Source: an uncultured virus (IMG/VR IMGVR_UViG_2706794521_000001) (taxonomy: Duplodnaviria; Heunggongvirae; Uroviricota; Caudoviricetes). From it: a stretch of DNA of 20,000 nucleotides. The position numbers and the translations under genes were made by a program. Below are positions 1-5,953 of this stretch, one piece after another; the first letter of the stretch is position 1; every line of letters begins with the position of its first letter. The stretch lies in IMG/VR virus record IMGVR_UViG_2706794521_000001, positions 47,893 through 67,892 of that record; one strand, 5' to 3'. Under the pieces are notes generated by a model that did not search any database, was not told where the DNA came from, and saw only the letters and a list, made by a program, of their open reading frames with translations.

Positions 1-428
1 AGTTTCACCAGCCGTTCGACGGATGGTCCGCGATCGCGCCGCGCCAGCGCCGCCAGGCGGGCGACGAACTCGACTTTGTCGATCGGCGCCGGCTGTACGT
101 CGTCTGCGCCGTGTAGGAGGATCCCGACGCGCCGGATGACCTCTTCACCGATTGTCCTCGGATTGGCGACCGGAACCAGCAGGAAGAAGAGGATGTTCTT
201 GACGGCTGCCTGCCGCCAGTTGCGGCAAATTACGCTCGCGATGCCGGCCGAGTCCGTCCAGATGACGCCAATGGCCTGCGGGTCGCGGTAGAGCGCCGAG
301 CAAAGATCCTGCGGCTCGAGGATCGCTTCGGCCTCGAAACCGCCGTCGGCCGCGTAATCGGCAAGCATCTCGACGATATCGGCATCGAGCGCTGGGTTTT
401 TGCTGGTCGCCAGGATCAGGACGCGCAT
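1..428 (-). CDS. Degenerate response-regulator receiver-domain protein, CtrA/OmpR-like (partial, runs off window start)
   Basis: Hand-translated; not in the ORF track. ATG at 428 overlaps the upstream stop (TGATG) and the frame is open to base 1: MRVLILATSKNPALDADIVEML...IGVIWTDS...AVKNILFFLL...LLHGADDVQPAPIDKVEFVARLAALARRDRG. This resembles the CtrA/OmpR pattern MRVLLIEDD...[28 protein letters not shown]. Confidence 0.75.
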   Translation of the reverse strand, partial: MRVLILATSKNPALDADIVEMLADYAADGGFEAEAILEPQDLCSALYRDPQAIGVIWTDSAGIASVICRNWRQAAVKNILFFLLVPVANPRTIGEEVIRRVGILLHGADDVQPAPIDKVEFVARLAALARRDRGPSVERLVK

Positions 429-793
429 CAGAAGCTCCTCGGCGGAGCGAACAGGCAGATGGTCTTCCCGTCATTGGCACCGGCAACCGAACACCAATGG
501 AAGCGACCGTCGGGCGACTGCTTGACCTTTGGGTCCGTCATCGGGATCACCTCTCCGGTGATGACGATGTGGTAGCCATCTGAGCTCTCGGTGATCCAAT
601 CGTCCGGGACCTCTCGACAGTCGTAGCCCGAGCAGCATGAGAACGGGTAAGACCAGCCGGTCGGCGCATCGTGGGAACTGGCAGCCCCGCACATGACGAA
701 GATGACCACGGCGATGGCCGCAAGCAGCAGGGCGATCGAGGTCGCCAGGCTCATGGAATGGTAGCCGCGCATGCGGCCATGGTGCGGGCGCAT
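428..793 (-). CDS. Cys-rich exported/membrane-anchored hypothetical protein (121 aa)
   Basis: Start at 793 overlaps the upstream stop. Hydrophobic N-terminal stretch IALLLAAIAVVIFVM, then HDAPTGWSYPFSCCSGYDC...SPDGRFHWC...TICLFAP. Confidence 0.8.
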   Translation of the reverse strand: MRPHHGRMRGYHSMSLATSIALLLAAIAVVIFVMCGAASSHDAPTGWSYPFSCCSGYDCREVPDDWITESSDGYHIVITGEVIPMTDPKVKQSPDGRFHWCSVAGANDGKTICLFAPPRSF

Positions 794-1392
794 CAAAACC
801 TCTCCGAGAGTTGGGATTGGGCGGCCGCGCGCTTGCGCTGCTCGGCCTTGACGAACAGGTCGTCGATCGGCTGCGCGAGCCGGGGGCAAAGCACCGCGCC
901 AGCGTAGTGCCAGCCGGCGAGGGCGTCAGTGCGGTCGTGGGAAAGGTCCTCGTCGTCCGCCGAGATCCAGCCGAGCGCCAGGCACTTGCGCCAGACCTGC
1001 GGCTTGGCGATCTCGCCCTTGGAATTCTTGCCGATGAAGTGCGTGCGGATCTTCGAAACGCGGGCGACCGACACCCGATACATCTGTAGCCCGAAGGCCA
1101 TGCCCTGGATGGCGAATGGCAGGCCCATGAGGATTTCCTGCGTCGCCAGCGATGTCTTACCGTTCACGAGCGTCGCCGGCAGTGGTGCCTCGATCACGAC
1201 CTCGTCGGGCCTATAGGTCTGTATCTGGTCGGCGATGAAGCGCATGGCGCCCCACGCGATCGCGCCTTGCGAAGCGCCTTCGGAAGCGAAATGGGCGCTC
1301 CCGGACTCTGGTTGCTCACCTGGTCGGCCGCGCGCCCAACCAAACCGGCTGGCAGCGTCGATGAAGAGGATTTTTGGTGGTGCGTCGCTCAT
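793..1392 (-). CDS. RuvC-like Holliday junction resolvase (phage type)
   Basis: RNase H-fold acidic motifs ILFID..RFGWA, VVIEAP and HDRTDALA; 199 aa. Confidence 0.8.
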   Translation of the reverse strand: MSDAPPKILFIDAASRFGWARGRPGEQPESGSAHFASEGASQGAIAWGAMRFIADQIQTYRPDEVVIEAPLPATLVNGKTSLATQEILMGLPFAIQGMAFGLQMYRVSVARVSKIRTHFIGKNSKGEIAKPQVWRKCLALGWISADDEDLSHDRTDALAGWHYAGAVLCPRLAQPIDDLFVKAEQRKRAAAQSQLSERF

Positions 1393-1610
1393 GTCGGCCG
1401 GCCTCGGAGGAGGGCGCCCGCTGCTTTCCCGGGCTGGTCAGAAGGTTGCCTGTCGTTGTTTGGTCGGCAGCTACCTACAAGCCGTCACTCCATCTGGTCG
1501 GGGCGACCAGGGCCAAGCCCGGTCAGGCGCTGCACGTTGACGTTTCTCGGCTTTGCCAGCAGCATCCATGGCGTCGTTCAAACCGCCGCCCCTATCCGCT
1601 TGCGCGGAAT

Positions 1611-2069
1611 TCAGTGAGCGGCCGGAGCCGCTTTTCCTTTGCCCTTGCTCTTCGGGTCCGCGTTGTCCCACGCCTTGGTGGCGGCATCGACGATGGCCGC
1701 GGTCGTACCGTCCTGGCCGTCCGCAGCGACAGCAGCGGCGCCGAGCGGCAGGTCGGCGTAATCGCCGAGCGCTGTGCGGATATCGATCGCCAGCTTCCTG
1801 TCGTCGTCCTCGAGCTCGAGGAGCTTCGCCTTGGCCTTGCCCTCGAGGGCTCGAGCATCGACGATGGTCTTGACGACTTTCTTCGGAATGCCCTGCGACT
1901 TGGCGTCATCGAGCACTTCCTTTTGCTCGTCGCGGATCTTCTTCGCGTCGGACATGAATTTCGAGCGGAGGGTCTGGAACCGCTCCTCATGCTCCTCGTA
2001 CTTGTCGACGAACGAGCCGGCTTCTTCAGCGGACGCACGATTGCGCCCCTGTTCAAGTATTCGCGCCAT
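1611..2069 (-). CDS. GapR/DUF2312-like nucleoid-associated DNA-binding protein
   Basis: FVDKYEEHEE...KKIRDEQKEVLDDAKSQGIPKKVVKTIV resembles the DUF2312 pattern FIERIERLEEEK...IKEVYAEAKGxGFDxKxxxxxV. GGAGAAG RBS upstream. Confidence 0.7.
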   Translation of the reverse strand: MARILEQGRNRASAEEAGSFVDKYEEHEERFQTLRSKFMSDAKKIRDEQKEVLDDAKSQGIPKKVVKTIVDARALEGKAKAKLLELEDDDRKLAIDIRTALGDYADLPLGAAAVAADGQDGTTAAIVDAATKAWDNADPKSKGKGKAAPAAH

Positions 2070-2613
2070 GGCGCTTCTCCTTCAGGGATGAGGCTGGTTG
2101 GTAGGCGATGCGATGGTGAACTCGGCAATAGGTGCCGTCAGCGTGGCGGCCGCAGTAGATCGGATCGCGCCCATAGAGCCCGTTGACCGGCCAGCGGCAT
2201 CGACCGCCTTGCAGACCCATGAGATCCACGGGAGGGGTGTCGGCCAGCGGCAGGAAATAGGAATCGCGGTCTACAAAGGTCGGGATGACAGCCGGAACGG
2301 ATGTCCTCGGCGCCACCGGTTTTTGGCTGAGCACGATCTGCTCGACGCCGGCAATCAGCTTGCGGCGTGGGGCGCGACGAGGCTTGTCGGCCGGTGGCTT
2401 CGGTGCCTGCGGTGCGCGTGGGTTGGAAGAGCCCTTCCGACGCGCCAGCGTGAGCTTGAGCCGGTGGATGCGGCCGATGACGGAGTTCCTAGATATCCCG
2501 GAAAGCGCTGCGATCTGGGAGGAACTCTTTCCGGCCGCGACGAGGCGCTTCAGCGCTTCGTCCCGCTCCGGTGTCCAGCGTGGGTGGAATGGGCGTGATG
2601 GTCCGCGTCTCAC
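2053..2613 (-). CDS. gcrA: GcrA-family cell-cycle regulator homolog
   Basis: N-terminal WTPERDEALKRLVAAGKSSSQIAALSGISRNSVIGRIHRLKL and C-terminal LMGLQGGRCRWP...YCG...YCRVHHRIAY are the hallmark GcrA motifs. GTG start overlaps the upstream TGA. Confidence 0.92.
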   Translation of the reverse strand: MRRGPSRPFHPRWTPERDEALKRLVAAGKSSSQIAALSGISRNSVIGRIHRLKLTLARRKGSSNPRAPQAPKPPADKPRRAPRRKLIAGVEQIVLSQKPVAPRTSVPAVIPTFVDRDSYFLPLADTPPVDLMGLQGGRCRWPVNGLYGRDPIYCGRHADGTYCRVHHRIAYQPASSLKEKRHGANT

Positions 2614-3137
2614 TGTCCGGCTCCAATCGAAGCTCGGGCGTCAGCCATGCCGCGAACCTGGCCGCTCGATCGCGCATCATGATCGCCCGGAACATCAACT
2701 GGTCTGCTCGCGATGCGCGCCAGCGCTTCCACCTGGTCGCGAGAGAGCGACGCACCTTCAGCGGCAAGGGCCGCAGCCAGACGGTTGGTTGTGGCAATGA
2801 AGTCTCTGTGGTCACGTTTGGCCTCCTCGATGGCCTTGAGTTCGCGGAGGGCAACCATGTGGTCGTAATCGACACGGCGCGCCTCGGCGTAGAACCATGT
2901 CTTCACGCGGTTCCAGGAAAGATCCTTGATCGCCAACTCAAATTTCGGGTCGACGAGCTTGGTGTGAACTGCACTGATCTGCTGCTGCCATCCACCGCTT
3001 GGTGCCAGCATCCTGCCGAGTTCCCTCGTCAGATTTTGTACGGCGGTGACGCTAGTCATGAGCGCACCCCGTCGCCTTCGCTCGGAATAAAATTCCGAGT
3101 TCTTGGAAGGCTTTTCCGAGAGATTGGAATCGAACAT
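2610..3137 (-). CDS. Phage regulatory protein in the cII position (175 aa)
   Basis: ATG at 3137 after GGAGA RBS; first large gene downstream of cro; HTH-like segment LSWNRVKTWFYAEARRVD. Function inferred from position only. Confidence 0.6.
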   Translation of the reverse strand: MFDSNLSEKPSKNSEFYSERRRRGALMTSVTAVQNLTRELGRMLAPSGGWQQQISAVHTKLVDPKFELAIKDLSWNRVKTWFYAEARRVDYDHMVALRELKAIEEAKRDHRDFIATTNRLAAALAAEGASLSRDQVEALARIASRPVDVPGDHDARSSGQVRGMADARASIGAGQ

Positions 3138-3206
3138 CGCTATCTCCATTTCCAGCGACGGAAACGAACGGAGACAGCGATGAACAAGCGAACGAAGAAG
3201 GGAGGG

Positions 3207-3232
3207 GGGCCGGCCCCAGGGCAGACCGGCCC
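3207..3232 (-). terminator. Possible terminator/attenuator hairpin downstream of cro (tR1 position)
   Basis: GGGCCGG-N12-CCGGCCC stem followed on the minus strand by pyrimidine-rich CCCTCCCTTCTTCGTT; no clean U-tract. Confidence 0.35.
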
Positions 3233-3395
3233 ACCATGGCCGGCTCAGCCCACGATCGGGCGACGAGCCGGCCAGCGCAGATTTGGGAGATCTGCGCCAC
3301 AAGAATTCGATGGCAATAAAGCGAGAAACCGAGCGCACCCTGATAAACAGGGCTGGCCTTGATGGGCGCGAACGGTGACAGCGTGAGCATTTTCG

Positions 3396-3614
3396 TCAGC
3401 CCGCCGTCTCGCTGGCGGTAGAGAGATCAGCTTTCGCGAAGATGTCGGGCCGAAGTTCCTCCGGCGAGATGCCGGTAAAGCGGGAGATATCACCCAGGCG
3501 CTCCGCGGGGACCTTCTTCCACTGCGATATCGCACCGGGGAAGATTCCGAGCGCAGCCGCCAGTTTGTTACGGCGTCCGCGTTCTTCGTCGAGATAGGCC
3601 AGCAGCTTTTCCAT
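3396..3614 (-). CDS. cro: Cro-like (YdaS-type) HTH repressor
   Basis: 72 aa, LAAALGIFPGAISQWKKVPAER...TGISPEELRPDIF; divergent from cI. Confidence 0.9.
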   Translation of the reverse strand: MEKLLAYLDEERGRRNKLAAALGIFPGAISQWKKVPAERLGDISRFTGISPEELRPDIFAKADLSTASETAG

Positions 3615-3620
3615 GCCGCC

Positions 3621-3648
3621 AACATAAGTCCCACTGAAATTAAGTCAA
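3621..3648 (-). promoter_or_regulatory. sigma70-type lytic promoter for the cro operon
   Basis: Minus strand TTGACT (3648-3643)-16 nt-TATGTT (3626-3621), then 6 nt before the cro ATG. Confidence 0.75.
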
Positions 3649-3671
3649 GCTGATTTTGTCAGTAGGGCCGA
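3625..3671. promoter_or_regulatory. Three repressor operators between cro and cI
   Basis: TAAGTcccACTGA (3625-3637), TAAGTcaaGCTGA (3641-3653) and degenerate TCAGTaggGCCGA (3659-3671). The same quasi-palindrome recurs three times at 5459-5505. Confidence 0.8.
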
Positions 3672-3707
3672 ATGGAGTGGATCTGGCCGATGCGCGATAA
3701 TTTCAGC

Positions 3708-4145
3708 ATGGCAGCAAATCCCGCAAACCAAGCGCAAACGACTTACTTTTTTCGTGAGTGGCGGAAGCACCGTGGCCTCACCCAGGAGGAGCTTGCGGAT
3801 AAGGTTGGGCTTAGAGCGCCCTCGATATCTCAGCTTGAGAACGGGAAACAGGGCTTCACTGACTCAACTTTGGCCGCAATTGCTAAGGCGCTGGACTGCC
3901 GGCCTGGCGATCTTCTCTTGTGGGGGCCTGACAAGGTCGAGCCCTTAACTGCGCCGATCCGCGACGATCAGGAAATCTTGGCGGTACTCAAGCGTATCGA
4001 GGGGCTTTCAGCCAGAGATATCGATGTGGCTTTCGCTGTGATTTCGAATGCCTTGAACGTTAACAAGGCCGGATCAGAACAAGCTGGTGCTGATGGTCGA
4101 TCTCAATTCGCCAGTCCCCGCCGTGAATCGTCGCCATCGCGGTAG
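3708..4145 (+). CDS. cI: CI-like XRE-family HTH repressor without a peptidase S24 domain
   Basis: FFREWRKHRGLTQEELADKVGLRAPSISQLENGKQGFTDSTLAAIAKALDCRPGDLL. Start 3708 preferred; alternatives 3672 and 3690. Confidence 0.9.
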   Translation: MAANPANQAQTTYFFREWRKHRGLTQEELADKVGLRAPSISQLENGKQGFTDSTLAAIAKALDCRPGDLLLWGPDKVEPLTAPIRDDQEILAVLKRIEGLSARDIDVAFAVISNALNVNKAGSEQAGADGRSQFASPRRESSPSR

Positions 4146-4272
4146 CGATTGACGCTGCATCCCGTTCGATTCGCGTTGCCGGATCCAGCGGCCAGATACC
4201 AGACGCTATTGCACGCAACCTCTGCAGTGTTTCATCGCTCCGCGTTTTCTCACGCGGCATGTAATGGATCAT
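4060..4272 (-). CDS. Small hypothetical protein, convergent with and overlapping the cI 3' end
   Basis: Protein-like sequence ...IERDAASIATAMATIHGGDWRIEIDHQHQLVLIRPC. Start uncertain (4272 or 4260). Confidence 0.5.
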   Translation of the reverse strand: MIHYMPREKTRSDETLQRLRAIASGIWPLDPATRIERDAASIATAMATIHGGDWRIEIDHQHQLVLIRPC

Positions 4273-4517
4273 TTCTGGATTCCCGAGCCCCGAGGGACGC
4301 CGCAAATAGGAACAATTTCCTTCCCTTCTGTCAATACCCGCCTGCACGTAGGTGGTGTGCCGTTTTGATACGTTTGTACGAATACAACCATTTATGAGCG
4401 CTCACCAAATTGTTTCGACTTGTAATGGTGGTCTGTGGATATCGGGGATAAGCGGACCCACATTTCGGAATTCTGGGACGATTTCGAGGGCTTAATGTTT
4501 CCGCCATAAGTCGGGGC

Positions 4518-4781
4518 ATGCCCAAGCCGAAGACTCACGAGTTCAAGATACGGATCTCGCCAGACCTCATGGCGATCATCGACGGTGCCCGGGGCAAGAG
4601 GAGCAAGAACAACCAGATCAATGCCTGGCTGTGGAGTAAAGCGAGAGGAGATCACGCCGATCAGCTCGCCGACGCCCTGCGTCCGGTTCTAGCCTCACTG
4701 AGCGAGGAGGACCGAGGTATGTTCGTCGCGCGCGCCATATCCGCTTTGGAAATCCTCTCCCGGGCTGGAAAACGCAAATAG
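4518..4781 (+). CDS. Arc/ribbon-helix-helix-like DNA-binding protein
   Basis: N-terminal beta-strand HEFKIRISPDL, then helix and RSKNNQI, similar to the Arc-family FxLRLPxxL...RSxNxEI pattern. Confidence 0.65.
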   Translation: MPKPKTHEFKIRISPDLMAIIDGARGKRSKNNQINAWLWSKARGDHADQLADALRPVLASLSEEDRGMFVARAISALEILSRAGKRK

Positions 4782-4846
4782 GCATGGCCCGCTTGCACCC
4801 TCTCGCGTGGCGCGCAATGCTCCTTCACCCCTAGGAGGACTGGGAC

Positions 4847-5164
4847 ATGCGACGCATATGGGCTGGGATCGTCGTGGCGGCGCTGGCACTGCCCGCCGTC
4901 GCTGCTGAACCTCAAACGATCGCGACCGAAGGCTTCGGCTGCCTTGCCTTGCGCGATTTTGAGCGCGCGGTCCAGTTTGCCGACCAGGACGATGCCGAGG
5001 CCTTCAAGAAGTTCGTCGAGCAGAAAGGTGAGACCGGCGACTGCCGTTCTCTCCACAAAGGCCAGAGTGTCTTCCTCGAGAACACGTCTGGTAGCGGCAG
5101 GATTTGTGTCAGGCCAAAGGGCGATATTGAATGCCTGTGGACAGGCAGCACAATCGTCGAGTGA
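4847..5164 (+). CDS. Exported/periplasmic hypothetical protein (lysogenic-conversion position)
   Basis: AGGAGG RBS; Sec signal MRRIWAGIVVAALALPAVA; four Cys in the mature part. Confidence 0.8.
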   Translation: MRRIWAGIVVAALALPAVAAEPQTIATEGFGCLALRDFERAVQFADQDDAEAFKKFVEQKGETGDCRSLHKGQSVFLENTSGSGRICVRPKGDIECLWTGSTIVE

Positions 5165-5458
5165 TTTTCCCGGATATAGCACGCGCGAGCGCGTCAGCGC
5201 GTTCGCGCGGAGGACAGATATAACTCTCCAACAACATAGCTCTACGTTGGTGGTTACACTCTACGTTCAACATTGAGCTCGACCCTGCACCATACGTGAC
5301 GAGCGCCGACCGTCGAGACGGGGCGCTGTCAGCACCCCTCATGTAGCGCCCTACGTTCCAGACTCGGGTATCCGCGCGCGAGCGTAGGAATTGCTCTGGC
5401 CGGTGTGACTCGCGGGGAGCCTCTTTGCGCCCATCATCCCCCGGGGATCAAAATAAAT

Positions 5459-5505
5459 TCAGTGTCACTTACTTTTCACCTTGACTTACTTTTCAGTCCC
5501 ACTTA
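5459..5505. promoter_or_regulatory. Three repressor operators at the rightward early promoter
   Basis: TCAGTgtcACTTA (5459-5471), TCACCttgACTTA (5476-5488) and TCAGTcccACTTA (5493-5505), with a 17-bp period. Confidence 0.8.
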
Positions 5506-5509
5506 GGTT
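5481..5509 (+). promoter_or_regulatory. sigma70-type promoter of the rightward early (recombination...xis-int) operon
   Basis: TTGACT (5481-5486)-17 nt-TAGGTT (5504-5509); near-copy of the cro promoter. Confidence 0.75.
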
Positions 5510-5534
5510 CCACATCACACCAGATGAGGAATCG

Positions 5535-5708
5535 ATGCCAGCTTCTCCAACTCCTCGACCAGGACAGCCGACCGACAGGGAGACGGCCAAAGCCGTCGTC
5601 TCGAAATGGATGGCCGGTCAGGAATTGACACCGGCTGAGGAAGCGCTTCTGCTCCGCCTTCGCGCCGTCAACATGGCGCAGCAGCTCGCCTCGACGGTGC
5701 GGGCATGA
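5535..5708 (+). CDS. Small phage hypothetical protein (57 aa)
   Basis: GAGGA RBS before ATG 5535; stop overlaps the next ATG. Confidence 0.65.
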   Translation: MPASPTPRPGQPTDRETAKAVVSKWMAGQELTPAEEALLLRLRAVNMAQQLASTVRA

Positions 5709-5953
5709 GCACTTTCACCCAGCCGATCGATTGGGACGGCAACGCCAACGGCTTCGTCTACATCGTCGACTCGAGCGGCCGAAAGATCGGCACATGCTGG
5801 GGTCCGCAGGCCGAGCGCATCGCGAACGCCAAGCTCTGGACGGCGTCGCCGGACATGTTGGAGGTCCTGGAAGCGATCCTATCGCACATTCCTCCATCGG
5901 AGCGCATTGCCGCTGACAACGTCGTGCAGTTCGCGCGGATGGGACGGCCATGA
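5705..5953 (+). CDS. Phage hypothetical protein
   Basis: Contains ANAKLWTASPDMLEVL, a variant of the common phage ANAxLIAAAPDLLEAL motif; ATGA-coupled at both ends. Confidence 0.8.
   Translation: MSTFTQPIDWDGNANGFVYIVDSSGRKIGTCWGPQAERIANAKLWTASPDMLEVLEAILSHIPPSERIAADNVVQFARMGRP

Noticed and set aside
3052..3390. 112-aa ORF between cro and the cII-position gene
   Set aside because: No clear RBS, atypical composition, overlaps the next gene; the region is better explained by RNA hairpins, though not excluded.
3636..3660. CtrA binding box in the switch region
   Set aside because: Only a single TTAA (3640-3643); no TTAA-N7-TTAA, and the sequence is explained by the phage operators.
5221..5390. 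CRISPR-like or iteron array from the CTACGTT repeats
   Set aside because: Repeats are only 7-9 bp, irregularly spaced, and there is no cas or rep gene adjacent.
5361..5533. GANTC (CcrM) sites near the rightward promoter (5361, 5407, 5529) as GcrA targets
   Set aside because: Three sites, none in the core promoter; cannot be distinguished from chance without a count against background.
5481..5534. TTG start for the first rightward gene
   Set aside because: This TTG is the -35 box of the promoter; ATG 5535 has a proper RBS.
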